Source: Longimicrobiales bacterium (GTDB lineage Bacteria; Gemmatimonadota; Gemmatimonadetes; Longimicrobiales; Gaopeijiaceae). From it: a stretch of 64,000 nucleotides of DNA. This document shows positions 49,294-59,788 of the stretch, piece after piece. The translations under genes and the position numbers were made by a program. The stretch spans positions 32,001 to 96,000 of the forward strand of contig CBDDCX010000007.1 of assembly GCA_965226375.1 (NCBI GenBank). Reading direction: 5' to 3'. The notes beneath the pieces were generated by a model that was not told the origin of the DNA, ran no database searches, and saw nothing but the letters and a program-made list of their open reading frames with translations. How positions within the stretch are numbered: position 1 is the first letter of the stretch; each line of letters opens with the position of its first letter.

Positions 49294-50112
49294 ATGAAGG
49301 GATACACCACCCGGCAAGTGGCCGAGATCCTCGGCATCCCAGTCGCCCGTGCGCGCTCGATCGCCAGGTCCGGGTTCTTCGATCCAGCGAGAGGCCCTCG
49401 CAACGAATACCGGTTTTCCTTTTCGGACATCATCCTGCTCCGCACCACCCGAGACCTCAGGGATGCCGGCGTTTCCATGCAGCGGGTGGGCGGGGTCCTC
49501 CATGCGCTCCGGGAAAAACTTCCGAAAGGTGAGCCCCTGAGCGCCCTCCACATCATGTCAGACGGGGACACCGTGGTCGTGAAGGAAGAGAGCACCGTCT
49601 GGGATCCACAGTCCGGCCAGGTCCATCTCGATTTCTCCGTCAGCGAGTTGGCCGCAAAGGTCGAGCCCATCGCAAGGGCCGTGGGCTCCCACGTGTCGTC
49701 GGTCGACCTGGGCGCGGACGAGTGGTACGACCTGGCGTTGGACCTGGAGCCGGTTGCGACCGACCGTGCCACGGACGCGTACCGACGGGCTCTCGCGCTC
49801 AACCCGGGGCACATAAGGGCCCACCTGAACCTCGGCCGGCTGCAGCATGAGGCGGGAGAGGTCGAGTCGGCCGAGGCGCACTATCGGCAAGCGCTAGCGG
49901 CCAATCCCGATTCGGCGACGGCGGCGTTCAACCTGGGAGTAGCCCTTGAAGATCTCGGGCGCGTGTCCGAAGCGATCGACGCATACGAGAGGGCGCTCCG
50001 CTCGGAGCCGGACATGGCTTCGGCGCACTACAACCTGTCGCGTCTCTACGAGGCGGAGGGGCGGTCCAAGGAGGCACTGCGACACCTGGCGGACTATAAG
50101 CGGCTGGTGTAG
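49294..50112 (+). CDS. MerR-like HTH + TPR repeat protein
   Basis: YTTRQVAEILGIP..F.PARG..YRFSFSDI..LR..L...GVS (MerR HTH), SGQVHLDF linker, TPRs (AHLNLG, AAFNLGVALED, AHYNLS). Confidence 0.88.
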   Translation: MKGYTTRQVAEILGIPVARARSIARSGFFDPARGPRNEYRFSFSDIILLRTTRDLRDAGVSMQRVGGVLHALREKLPKGEPLSALHIMSDGDTVVVKEESTVWDPQSGQVHLDFSVSELAAKVEPIARAVGSHVSSVDLGADEWYDLALDLEPVATDRATDAYRRALALNPGHIRAHLNLGRLQHEAGEVESAEAHYRQALAANPDSATAAFNLGVALEDLGRVSEAIDAYERALRSEPDMASAHYNLSRLYEAEGRSKEALRHLADYKRLV

Positions 50113-50118
50113 TCCGCC

Positions 50119-51337
50119 CTACTTCGCCACCCGGTTCCGCCCAGCTTTCTTCGCCCGGTACAAGGCCTTATCCGCCGCCTTCACGACCGCCTCGGGTGTT
50201 GCCGCCTTCTCCGTGCGCTCGGCCACACCAATACTCACGGTCACCGAGAGGCGCCGTGGGGATCTCTTCTTCGCTTTCTTGCCTGAGGCACTCTTTACGG
50301 GCGGTTTCTTCCGGGGCCGCCCGATCCGCCGAACCGCGAACCGGCTCGCCTCGATCCTCTCCCGCAACTCCTCGAGGTGAGGCAACACGTCCTCCCGGCT
50401 CTTTCCCGGGAACACCACCGTGAATTCCTCCCCACCGTAGCGAAAGGCCCGTCCACCCCCACTCACCTTGCCGAGTTGCCCGCCCACGAGCCGAAGCACC
50501 TGATCGCCGACGTCGTGTCCGTGGCGATCGTTGAATTTCTTGAAGTGGTCCACATCGACCATGGCCACCGCATACGAGCGTCCGGCCGAGTCGATCTCCT
50601 GCCACAAGGCTCTCCGGGCGGGGAGCCCTGTAAGTTCGTCCCGGAAGGCCATCGCGTAGGACGTCTCGACCACGGCCAGGGCCAGCACGAGGGCGCCCGC
50701 CTTGAGGTGCACCGTGGACTCCACGGAGTCGGCCCCGTGGCCGAGTGCGAAGAGCACCGCGATCGTCGTCCAGAACAGTCCCTTTTCTACGGGGTGGTCT
50801 CTGCGGATCGCCATCCCCAGTGTGGTCAGAATTACCAATGACCCTACCACGACCGCCCCGTTGGAGAGGCCGAGCCAGTCGGGAGGAACCCCGGGGAGGA
50901 ACGGTGTCCCACGTCCAGGTGAGTGTCTCGGGCCGGACATTCCAGAGGACCAGCCCGACGGCCATGGTCGCGGCCACGAAGATCGGTTGGAGCCCACCCA
51001 GTCCCGAAAAGACTCCGCGGTCCTTCAGAATCGACAGAGCACCGAGTGCGAGTAGCAGGATGATGCCGGCCGTACCCCACGACGATCCGAAAACCGAGCT
51101 GACAACCCCGGGATCGATCGTGGTGCAGGTCACGGCCGACGGCTCTCCGACGAATGGACGCGGCAGAGCGGGTCCGTACCCGGCGGGACGTACAAACCAT
51201 TCCAGGAGGATGAGACCCAGCAGCACGGCCCCTACCCTGCTGCGCCGGAATCGCCAGGCTAGAAGAAGGCCACCCGCGAAGATGACAAGCGGATATCTAT
51301 CGACGGCCTGCTCCAGCCACGGGGCGTCTCCCGCCAT
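50119..51337 (-). pseudogene. Membrane diguanylate cyclase (GGEEF), frameshifted at ~50910
   Basis: The TM N-terminus is in ORF 50168-51337. The continuation (AFRDELTGL, DVDHFKKFND.HGH.VGD, RYGGEEF, SIGVA, ADKALYRAK..GRN) is in ORF 50119-50997. The start may lie further upstream. Confidence 0.8.
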
Positions 51338-51396
51338 CGTGGTGAGCGCGATCCCGGAGAGGACCAGGATGGCGCCGGGCCAGACCCAGCCGACGA

Positions 51397-52197
51397 CTAT
51401 CCGCTCGACATCCGGTCGAGGAAGGCCCGATCCTCTAAGGACAGGTCCTTCGCTCCCTCACGGTCGACCCTTTTCAGGAGCTCTTCCACCTCACCTCGAT
51501 TGAGCTCGTGGATGCCAGCGAGGTCGATAGAAGACCAGCGGGCGCGGGCCTCTCGATCGGAGCCGTCCATGGACGGAGTATGCTGGGTCCGGCGCTTGAA
51601 CTCGCGCTTGTCCTTGCCCGTGTGCCAGTCGCGCCAACGCAGATATCCCGCTCCCACGGCAAGTCCACCCAGGTGCGCGAAGTGGGCCGTGCCGCCACCC
51701 GTTCCGGCGATGCCGCTGTAGAGGCTGATCAGGACGAGACCCACAGCCAGCACCCTCGCCTGAATCGGTAGGATGCCCCAGATGTAGATGTTTTCCCTCG
51801 GCCAGTACATGGCGAACCCGATGAGAATTCCGTACACGGCGGCTGAAGCACCGACCACGGGGGCGCTGAACGAGAACAGAAAGGAGAACGCCGCCCCGCC
51901 GAGCCCACCCAGAAAATAGAGCCATAAGAAATCCCGCGCGCCCAGTCGACCCTCCAACCTGGGGCCGAAGCAGAAAAGCCCGATCATGTTGAAGAAGAGG
52001 TGCCCCATGCCCGCGTGGAGGAACATGTAGCTGACCAAACCCCACGGCCTGAACGGCATCGCGGGAAGGTAGAATCGGTCCATGCCAACCACGGCCGGCG
52101 GAAAGAGCGTCAACATGGCGTACAGAAGCGTCCCCGGCTGAATCAAAAGGAAGACGAGGACGTTCGCGACGAGCAGCCGCTTAACCCAAGGGGTCAT
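51397..52197 (-). CDS. Rhomboid family intramembrane serine protease
   Basis: YMFLH..HLFFNM, VGASAA (Ser), AHFAHLGG (His). Confidence 0.94.
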   Translation of the reverse strand: MTPWVKRLLVANVLVFLLIQPGTLLYAMLTLFPPAVVGMDRFYLPAMPFRPWGLVSYMFLHAGMGHLFFNMIGLFCFGPRLEGRLGARDFLWLYFLGGLGGAAFSFLFSFSAPVVGASAAVYGILIGFAMYWPRENIYIWGILPIQARVLAVGLVLISLYSGIAGTGGGTAHFAHLGGLAVGAGYLRWRDWHTGKDKREFKRRTQHTPSMDGSDREARARWSSIDLAGIHELNRGEVEELLKRVDREGAKDLSLEDRAFLDRMSSG

Positions 52198-52324
52198 CGA
52201 CAGAGTGGTATCTCCTGTATCACGGGTTCTTCAATCTCAGTGAACGATACCTCAGCGGCGTGGGCAGGGTCCACACCCACCCGTGAGCTACGGATCGCGA
52301 CACAAAAGTGTTCGTGCGGCCGGC

Positions 52325-53491
52325 CTAACGCACCACCTCTCCCAGCACCCCCACGGCCTCCCGCAGCTGGTCGTCCGTGAGGTACGGAGCGGGACCGAAG
52401 CGAAGTACCTCGCCGCGATAGTCTGTCAGGACTCCACGCGTGCCCAACGCCTGGCACAGCTCACCGGCCCCCGGGGCACGCAACGCTAGAAATCCCGCCA
52501 CTCCCTCCAACGGCACCGAGCGATCTCGGTCGACCACGGCCGGGTCGAGATCGAGGCTATCGAACGCCTCCATGAGGAGTCCGACCTGGTGCTGGCTCCG
52601 CTCCCGAAGGCGCTCCTGGGTGAGCCCCTGCGACGCGAAGAACTCGAGCACGGACGCCGCCCGATAGTGGCTCGTGGGGTCGTAGGTGGATCCCGCGAAG
52701 AGCGCGGCCCCTTCGCCGTAAGCCGTTCGACCCGAATCCTTGTCGTCGGCCAGTGTGGCGAACTCGCTGAACCAGCCGGTGATGACCGGCCGGAAGCGGC
52801 AGCCGTCCGGAAACCGCATCCAGCAGTTCCCCTCGCCCATCTGCATGTACTTGTAGCCACCACCCACCACGAAGGCGCATGCGAGCTCCTCTGTCCCGAT
52901 CGAATAAGGCACCACGTTCGTCGAGTGGTACACGTCGATCAGAAGCTCGACTCCCAACGACTCGCATACTTCGTGCACGCCTCCGAGGCCGGGCACGATG
53001 TGCGCGTTCTGGAAGAGTACGCACGACGCCAGGACAGCCGCCGTGCGGTCGTCGACAGCCGCGATCAGCCGCTCAGCGAGTGTGGCCGCGGGGAACGCCG
53101 GCACCTTCACCAACTCCACGGGCTCTTCCGCCAGCCGATCGAGTTGCCGCCGGATGGTGTGGAACTCGCCATCGGTGGTGACCAGGCGGGGACGTTCCAG
53201 AAAGGGAAGGGCCGAGAGGAAACGGGTCACGAGCTCGTGTGTGTTCTGCCCCAAGGCCACCTGCCCCGCGGGATCATCGAGCAGCGCCGCCACACCACCC
53301 CGGAGCCGTTCCGCCTTTTCCTCCGCGAGGTCCCACTTCCGGTCCACGTGCTCTGCCGCGTCGAGCCACGCCTGCTGTTGGGCCTCGAAGGCGACGTCGG
53401 GCCAGGCCTGGTGTGAGTGTCCCGTAAGGAGCAGCCGCTCCGAGACCCGGAAGCGGGTGTAGTGCCCGGCGAGCGCCGCGGAGTCGATCAC
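52325..53491 (-). CDS. kynU: Kynureninase (class V PLP enzyme)
   Basis: TGHSHQ, TDGEFH, DVYHS, GGGYKY (PLP Lys), TGWF, LRFGPAPY. Located 1 bp downstream of the TDO gene. Confidence 0.88.
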   Translation of the reverse strand: MIDSAALAGHYTRFRVSERLLLTGHSHQAWPDVAFEAQQQAWLDAAEHVDRKWDLAEEKAERLRGGVAALLDDPAGQVALGQNTHELVTRFLSALPFLERPRLVTTDGEFHTIRRQLDRLAEEPVELVKVPAFPAATLAERLIAAVDDRTAAVLASCVLFQNAHIVPGLGGVHEVCESLGVELLIDVYHSTNVVPYSIGTEELACAFVVGGGYKYMQMGEGNCWMRFPDGCRFRPVITGWFSEFATLADDKDSGRTAYGEGAALFAGSTYDPTSHYRAASVLEFFASQGLTQERLRERSQHQVGLLMEAFDSLDLDPAVVDRDRSVPLEGVAGFLALRAPGAGELCQALGTRGVLTDYRGEVLRFGPAPYLTDDQLREAVGVLGEVVR

Positions 53492-53492
53492 T

Positions 53493-54281
53493 CTAGAGCC
53501 GACTGCGGATCGCCCACAGGTCCTCGAAGACCGGCGCGTTGAGCGTCGTCCGCAGGTAGGCCGATCCGGCGGAGCCTCCGGTCCCTGCCTTCATGCCGAT
53601 GGTGCGCTCGACCATCTTCACGTGCCGGTACCGCCATTCCTGTAGGCCCTCGTCCAAATCCACCAGTCGCTCGCACACCGAAGCCGCGGCGGGGCTTTCC
53701 CGGTACACCGTCACGAGGACCTCCTGAAGATCCTCTGAAGCAGCGACCGACTGCGTGACATCTCGGCTCAGCTGGGCCTCGGGAACCGGGAACCCCTCAC
53801 CGTGAAGGAACGTGAGAAAAGCGTCCCAAAGCGTGCGCTCTGCGAACCGCCGCTCCAGGTTCACCCGGCCGTCACTTCCCTCCGGAAAACGTTGGATGGC
53901 CTTTTCGTTCTTGGCCCCGAGCACATACTCCAACTCCCGGAACTGATAGGACTGGAAGCCCGACGCCGCCTCCAACCGGGCCCTGAAAGACAGGAACTCG
54001 AGGGGAGTCATCGTCTCCAGAATGTCGAGTTGTGCGACCAGGACCTTCAGGATGGTGAGTACCCTCTTGAGCGTGTGGAGCGCACGAACGGAATCACCCT
54101 CCTCCAACAGTCGGCAGACATAATCGACCTCGTGTAGGACTTCCTTGAACCAGAGCTCGTAGACCTGATGGATGACGATGAAGAGCATCTCATCGTGCTC
54201 GGGCCCCTCGGAAAGGGGCTTCTGAAGGTCCAGCAGCTCCTTGATCTTCAGGTAGCGGCCGTACGTGAGGGCTTCGCTCAT
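53493..54281 (-). CDS. kynA: Tryptophan 2,3-dioxygenase
   Basis: Y..YL..LL.LQ, HDEMLFIVIHQVYELWFK, SGFQS.QFR, WRYRH..VER.IG.K.GTGGS.G..YL. Confidence 0.96.
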   Translation of the reverse strand: MSEALTYGRYLKIKELLDLQKPLSEGPEHDEMLFIVIHQVYELWFKEVLHEVDYVCRLLEEGDSVRALHTLKRVLTILKVLVAQLDILETMTPLEFLSFRARLEAASGFQSYQFRELEYVLGAKNEKAIQRFPEGSDGRVNLERRFAERTLWDAFLTFLHGEGFPVPEAQLSRDVTQSVAASEDLQEVLVTVYRESPAAASVCERLVDLDEGLQEWRYRHVKMVERTIGMKAGTGGSAGSAYLRTTLNAPVFEDLWAIRSRL

Positions 54282-56581
54282 GCCGTGGCTCCGAAGTCGA
54301 AGGCGAAGCGAGCCGTATAGCGGCTCACAGACTCGTATTGGCTGGGCCACTCCAGATCATGGCCCATCGTGTAAGCGGCGTGTCGGGTCCAATAGGGATC
54401 GAAGAGGTGGGCCCGGGCAAGCAGGCAGAGGTCGGCACGGCCGGCCGCCAGAATCGTGTTCACGTCCATGAAGGACGAGATGTTGCCCACAGCCATGGTG
54501 GCGATGCCCACCTCGTGCCGAATACGGTCGGCGAATGGCGTCTGGAAGAGCCTCCCGTACTCAGGGGCTTGATCGGGCACCGTCTGCCCTGCCGACACGT
54601 CGACGACGTCGCAATCGTGTGCCTTTAGCAGGCGCGCCACCTCCACCGCGTCGCCCGGCTCCATGCCTCCGGGCTTCCAATCCACCGCACTGATGCGGGC
54701 CGACATGGGCCGCTCGGCCGGCCATGCCGCGCGCACCGCGTCGAATACTTCCAACGGGAAACGCAGGCGGTTCTCGAGACTCCCGCCGTACTCGTCGTCT
54801 CTCTCGTTGGTGAGTGGCGAGACGAAGGAAGCCAGGAGGTATCCGTGCGCCAGGTGCAATTCCAGGATGTCGAAGCCGGCCTCGTGGGCCATGTCGGCTG
54901 CGCGAACGTAGTCGGCGATGGCGGCTGACATGTCCTGCCGCGTCATCTCCTTCGGTACGGGATTCTCAGGCCGCCAGGGAATGGGCGACGCCGAGATCAC
55001 GTCCCAACCTCCCTCGGCCAGGGGTTCGTTATCGCCATCCCAGAGCTTTTGCGTAGACGCCTTTCTGCCCGCATGACCGAGCTGGATCCCAACCTTGGCG
55101 ACACTGCTCCCGTGGATGAAATCCACGATCCGCTTCCAGCCGCCCACATGCTCGGGTTTGTAAAGGCCCGTACATCCCACGGAGATTCGCGCGTCCCGAC
55201 TGACATCAGTCATCTCGGCCATGACGAGCCCTGCCCCACCCAGCGCGCGGCTTCCCAAATGCACCATGTGCCAATCATTCGGCATCCCGTCCTCGGCCGT
55301 GTACTGACACATGGGGGAGACCACGACACGGTTGGAGAGGACGAGGTCCCGTAGTTTGAATCCCGTGAACATGGGTGGCGGCGGCGGAACGGTGCGCACC
55401 GCTACACCGCTCTGACGCTCGGCCGCGGCCGCGAACCACGTGTCCACGTCACGGATGAAACCGGCGTCTCGAAGCCGCAGATTCTCGTGTGTGATGCGGA
55501 GGCTACGGGTGAGGAGCGTAAACGCGAACTGGATCGGCTCCAGCCGCATGTAGCGCTCGGCGTCCTCGAACCACTGAAGGCTCGCCTGTGCCGCACGCTG
55601 CAGACTCTCCACGGGCGCGCGCCGTTCACCTTCGTAGGCCGCGAGCGCGGCAGCCACGTCAGGCTCGCGCGCCATGGCCTCCGTGAGCGCGATCCCGTCC
55701 AACATGGCGATGCGCGTGCCGGACCCTACGGAGAAGTGCGCCGTATGTGCCGCATCCCCCATGAGGACGACGTTCTCATGAGACCAGACTTCGTTTCTCA
55801 CCGTCGGAAACTGCCGCCAGTGCGACCGGTTCTTCAGGAGTGGATGCCCCTGGAGCTCGTCCGCGAAGAGCTCCTCGCAGAAGCGGACCGTGGCGTCCTC
55901 GTCCTCCTCGGTGAGGCCCGAAGCCGCCCACGTTTCCTCGCGAGCCTCCACGATGAAGGTGGCCTTGCCGTTTTCATATTGGTACGCGTGGACGCGCCAC
56001 CATCCGTGCTCGTTCTCCCGGAAGTAGAACGTGAACGCGTCGAAGGGCCTGGTCGTCCCGAGCCAAACGAAGCGGTTCGGGCGAAAGTCCAGAGAGGGCC
56101 GGAAATGCTCCTCGTAGCGCTCTCGGATCTGGCTGTTCACACCGTCGGCTGCGAGCACCAAGTCGGCATCCCGGTAGACCTCTACGTCATCCACCTCCGC
56201 CTCGAAGTGGACTGCGATGCCCAACACCTCGGCGCGCCTCTGCAGGATCTGGAGAAGCCTCGGTCTCGAGAGGCCGGCGAACCCGTGACCGCCGGACCTG
56301 AGAACCTTGCCCCCGTAGTGGATGTCGATGTCGTCCCAGTGTGCGAACGCATCAGTGATCTCACGGTAGACATGAGGCTCGGCGCCCCCGATCTCAGCCA
56401 GGGTGGCGTCCGAGAACACGACCCCGAAACCGAAGGTGTCATCGGGCCGGTTCCGCTCGTAGACGGTGATCTCGCGAGACGGCCCGGCACCCTTCAGAAG
56501 AATGGCCGCGTACAGGCCAGCGGGCCCTGCCCCGACGACGTTGATCTTGCTCGCCGGAACTCCTCCATCGGATCCGCTCAA
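54278..56581 (-). CDS. abmA: Anthraniloyl-CoA monooxygenase/reductase (bifunctional salicylyl-CoA 5-hydroxylase/oxidoreductase family)
   Basis: N-terminal FAD monooxygenase (GAGPAG, DDTFGFGVVFSD, GDAAHTAHFSVGSGT) fused to an Old Yellow Enzyme domain (SPMCQY, QLGHAGRK, HLAHGYLL, R.DEYGG). TTGA start overlap is inferred. Confidence 0.92.
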   Translation of the reverse strand: MSGSDGGVPASKINVVGAGPAGLYAAILLKGAGPSREITVYERNRPDDTFGFGVVFSDATLAEIGGAEPHVYREITDAFAHWDDIDIHYGGKVLRSGGHGFAGLSRPRLLQILQRRAEVLGIAVHFEAEVDDVEVYRDADLVLAADGVNSQIRERYEEHFRPSLDFRPNRFVWLGTTRPFDAFTFYFRENEHGWWRVHAYQYENGKATFIVEAREETWAASGLTEEDEDATVRFCEELFADELQGHPLLKNRSHWRQFPTVRNEVWSHENVVLMGDAAHTAHFSVGSGTRIAMLDGIALTEAMAREPDVAAALAAYEGERRAPVESLQRAAQASLQWFEDAERYMRLEPIQFAFTLLTRSLRITHENLRLRDAGFIRDVDTWFAAAAERQSGVAVRTVPPPPPMFTGFKLRDLVLSNRVVVSPMCQYTAEDGMPNDWHMVHLGSRALGGAGLVMAEMTDVSRDARISVGCTGLYKPEHVGGWKRIVDFIHGSSVAKVGIQLGHAGRKASTQKLWDGDNEPLAEGGWDVISASPIPWRPENPVPKEMTRQDMSAAIADYVRAADMAHEAGFDILELHLAHGYLLASFVSPLTNERDDEYGGSLENRLRFPLEVFDAVRAAWPAERPMSARISAVDWKPGGMEPGDAVEVARLLKAHDCDVVDVSAGQTVPDQAPEYGRLFQTPFADRIRHEVGIATMAVGNISSFMDVNTILAAGRADLCLLARAHLFDPYWTRHAAYTMGHDLEWPSQYESVSRYTARFAFDFGATA

Positions 56582-57732
56582 GAACCTTCTCGTCTCGACT
56601 TCAGGCGATGGCCCGCAATGATCAAGTGCTGGATGTCGGTGGCTCCTTCGTAGATGCGCAGCGCCCGGACGGAGCGGTAGAGCCGATCCACCACGGCATC
56701 GGCAAGGACGCCGCGCCCCCCCAGGATCTGGATGGCATCGTCTACGACACGCTGGGCCGCCTCGGTTGCGTAGGCTTTGGCCATGGCCGCCTCGACGGTG
56801 ATGCGCTCGGCACCGCCGTCCCGCTCCCACGCCGCCCGATATGTCAGAAGACGTGCGGCCGTGAGTTCGGTAGCCATACGCGCAAGCTTCTGCTGAACGA
56901 GCTGGAAGTCGGCCAGTACCTGCCCGAACTGTCTCCGCGACAGAGCGTAAGCCTCGGCCTCATCCAGAGCTCGTGCCGCCATTCCACACGCCGCCGCGGC
57001 CACCGTGGGCCGTAAGCGATCGAACGTGGCCATGCCGAGCTTGAAGCCCTCGCCCTCCGCGCCGAGGCGCGCCTCTTCCGGAAGCCGACAGCCGTGGAAG
57101 GCTATCTCCCCCAGGGGGTGAGGAGCGCTCATCACCAGAGGCTTCACGAACTCCAGACCGTCCGTGTCCGCGGGAACGACGAACGCCGACAGGCCCCGAC
57201 TCCCCTGCTCCGGATCGGTGGAGGCGAAAACCACGTAGACATCGGCGATACCGGCGTTGGAGATGAGCGTCTTGGTCCCCTCGAGCACGTAGCCTGCACC
57301 GTCCCGGACCGCGGTCGTGCGCATCGACGCCACATCGGATCCGGCCTCCGGTTCGGTCATCGCGAACGCCCCCAAGCTCGTGCCATCGAGAAGCTTCGGG
57401 AGCCACTTCTCACGCTGGCCGAGGTTGTCGGCGAGCAGAAAAGGCGTAGCCGTAAGCGCCTGCAGGGCATAGACGGCGTCGGCCAGGGGACTCGCGCCCG
57501 CGATCGCTTCCCGAGCCAGACACGCGCCTCTCAGGTCCTCTTCCTCTACGGGCCGTAGCCATCCGCCTGCGCCGAGCAAGGCCACGATCTCCCGGGCCTG
57601 CACCCGGCCAGCATCATCGTCGACCGGCACGGGAAGGGGGTCCAATGTGCTCGCGACGAACGCCTCGACCGCCCCGGCCCACTCCACATGGACGTCATCG
57701 AAGAAGGCCCTCACGGCCTGGACGTCGAGCAT
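56578..57732 (-). CDS. Acyl-CoA dehydrogenase
   Basis: AFAMTEPEAGSDV, G.KTLISNAG, R.QFG..L..FQ, Q..GG.G, RIYEGATDIQ. Confidence 0.95.
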   Translation of the reverse strand: MLDVQAVRAFFDDVHVEWAGAVEAFVASTLDPLPVPVDDDAGRVQAREIVALLGAGGWLRPVEEEDLRGACLAREAIAGASPLADAVYALQALTATPFLLADNLGQREKWLPKLLDGTSLGAFAMTEPEAGSDVASMRTTAVRDGAGYVLEGTKTLISNAGIADVYVVFASTDPEQGSRGLSAFVVPADTDGLEFVKPLVMSAPHPLGEIAFHGCRLPEEARLGAEGEGFKLGMATFDRLRPTVAAAACGMAARALDEAEAYALSRRQFGQVLADFQLVQQKLARMATELTAARLLTYRAAWERDGGAERITVEAAMAKAYATEAAQRVVDDAIQILGGRGVLADAVVDRLYRSVRALRIYEGATDIQHLIIAGHRLKSRREGS

Positions 57733-58541
57733 CAAATGAACCGGGCGGACCGCTTCTCGGTGAAGGCCTCGTATGCCTCCCGGAAGTTCGGGTTTTCCAT
57801 ACATTTCGCCTGGACCTGCGCCTCGGCCTCCAGGGCTGTCGCAAGATCCATCGAAGCCTCTTCGTTGAGCGCACGCTTGGTCATCTCCAGGGCGTAGGAC
57901 GGGCCGAGCGCCAACTTCCCGGCCATCCCCCGTGCCACATCGAGCAAATCGTCCTGCGGCACCACCTGGTTGTAAAGGCCGATCCGATGCGCCTCTTCGG
58001 CACCGATAAAGTCGCCCGTCATGAGCAACTGGCTGGCGTGCGCCAACCCGACGATGCGCGGCAAGAGCCACGCGACCCCCATGTCGGCACCGGACAGACC
58101 GACCTTTGTGAACAGATATGCGATCTTGGCGTTGTCGCTCGCAATACGGATGTCACACGCCGTGGCGATGACCGCACCGGCACCGGCGACCGTGCCGTTC
58201 AGAGCCCCGATGACCGGACGGCGGCACTGCCTGATGGCCAAGATCAGGTCGCACGTCATCCGGGTGAAGTCGAGGAGTCCTTCGGCGTCCCGCTCGAAGA
58301 GGGCGCCGATGATGTCCTCTACGTCTCCTCCCGTGCAGAATGCCCGGCCCGCCCCGGTGATGACGATGGAGCGCACGCCCGGTTCCACATCGAGAGCGCG
58401 GAACGTAGCCTGCAGCTCCTCGTAGACTTCGAACGTGAGGGCGTTCAGGCGCTCCGGTCGATTGAGCGTGATGGTGGCGACGGAAGTGTCGGTATCGTGC
58501 TCGTACAGGAAGGATGTCGGTCGGATCGGCACTCCACTCAC
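57732..58541 (-). CDS. Enoyl-CoA hydratase/isomerase family protein
   Basis: LNRPERLNAL, GRAFCTGGDV, G..AGAGA..A..CDIR, F.KVGLSGADMG. Confidence 0.94.
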   Translation of the reverse strand: MSGVPIRPTSFLYEHDTDTSVATITLNRPERLNALTFEVYEELQATFRALDVEPGVRSIVITGAGRAFCTGGDVEDIIGALFERDAEGLLDFTRMTCDLILAIRQCRRPVIGALNGTVAGAGAVIATACDIRIASDNAKIAYLFTKVGLSGADMGVAWLLPRIVGLAHASQLLMTGDFIGAEEAHRIGLYNQVVPQDDLLDVARGMAGKLALGPSYALEMTKRALNEEASMDLATALEAEAQVQAKCMENPNFREAYEAFTEKRSARFI

Positions 58542-58942
58542 CCGGGTAATATGGCGGTGGCCTCGATCTCGACCTTGGCCCTGGGATCCACCATCTCGGA
58601 CACGGCGACGAGGGCCATGGCCGGATAGTGCCGGCCCATCCGTTCGCGGTACTTGGCTCCAAGGGGCTTCAGGCTGCCCCTGTACTCGGCCATGTCCGTC
58701 ACGAAGATCGTAAGGCGGGCGACGTTCTCCGGACCCCCGCCCGCCTCTTCGACTACCGTGATCGACCGGGCGAGAGCCGCATCGAACTGCTCGACGAAGT
58801 CGTCCGAGACGATGGCTCCGGTGTGATCTGATCCGGCTTGCCCCGCCACGAAGAGGACCCGACTACCGACCGGCGCGAGAAGTCCGTTGGACCATCCCCT
58901 CGGTTCGCCCAGCGATTCGGGATTAAAGATCTCGAAGGTCAT
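58538..58942 (-). CDS. RidA/YjgF family protein (lacks the RidA catalytic Arg; YPAM motif)
   Basis: PRGWSNG, FVAGQ, GRHYPAMALV.V, VEIEATA. Confidence 0.9.
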   Translation of the reverse strand: MTFEIFNPESLGEPRGWSNGLLAPVGSRVLFVAGQAGSDHTGAIVSDDFVEQFDAALARSITVVEEAGGGPENVARLTIFVTDMAEYRGSLKPLGAKYRERMGRHYPAMALVAVSEMVDPRAKVEIEATAILPG

Positions 58943-59011
58943 GAGCCGAACTTCACTGTGGATCCCCCTTCCGTCAAACGGAGGCGGCCCCCTGCGAACG
59001 GGGGTCGGGAC

Positions 59012-59788
59012 CTACGCCAGAAGTGCTCCTCCGTCGATTACCAGGGCCTGTCCGTTCACGCTCCCGGCATCCTCCCCACACAGGTAGAGCACCGCATCGC
59101 CGACCTCACCCGGCTCCACCAGGCGCTTCTGCGAGAGCGTGCCCAACATGGCTGCCAGGGCGTCATCCCGGGTCATGCCGGATCGGGCCATGATCTGCCC
59201 GACCGTGCCCTCCGTCATCGGCGTATTGACGTAGCCGGGGCACAGCGCGTTGACGGTGACCCCGGTGCCGGCCATCTCGGCCGCCGCGGAGCGGGTCATG
59301 CCCAGCACCGCGTGCTTGGACGCGGCGTACGCCGACGTGTAGCGGCTGCCGACACGCCCGGCCACGGACGCCACGTTGACCACCCGCCCCCAACCCCGCT
59401 CGATCATGCCGGGAAGGAAGGCGCGGGCGCACAGGAAGGACCCGGTGGCGTTCACTGCCATAGTGCGGTTCCAGTCGTCCAGGGTTTCGCGAACCAAGAG
59501 GGCCGAGTGGCCCACCCCGGCATTGTTCACCAGGATGTCTACGCTCCCCAGAGTGTCTACGGCCGTATGTTCGAGCTCGGCCACCGAGGTTTCGTCCGCT
59601 ACGTCGCAGAGGGCCCAGTGGCCGGATCCGCCCGCCGCGCCGATCGATTCCGCCACCGCACGGACTTGATCCTCCGTGCGCGCGCTCACCAAAACAGTCG
59701 CTCCGGCATTCGCCAGCATGTGCGCGACTGAAGCACCGATGCCCCGTCCGCCTCCGGTTACGACCGCGGTCTTGCCTTGAAGACTCAC
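59012..59788 (-). CDS. SDR family oxidoreductase (3-hydroxyacyl-CoA dehydrogenase-like)
   Basis: TGGGRGIG, NNAG, YAASK, CPGYV.T. Confidence 0.94.
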   Translation of the reverse strand: MSLQGKTAVVTGGGRGIGASVAHMLANAGATVLVSARTEDQVRAVAESIGAAGGSGHWALCDVADETSVAELEHTAVDTLGSVDILVNNAGVGHSALLVRETLDDWNRTMAVNATGSFLCARAFLPGMIERGWGRVVNVASVAGRVGSRYTSAYAASKHAVLGMTRSAAAEMAGTGVTVNALCPGYVNTPMTEGTVGQIMARSGMTRDDALAAMLGTLSQKRLVEPGEVGDAVLYLCGEDAGSVNGQALVIDGGALLA

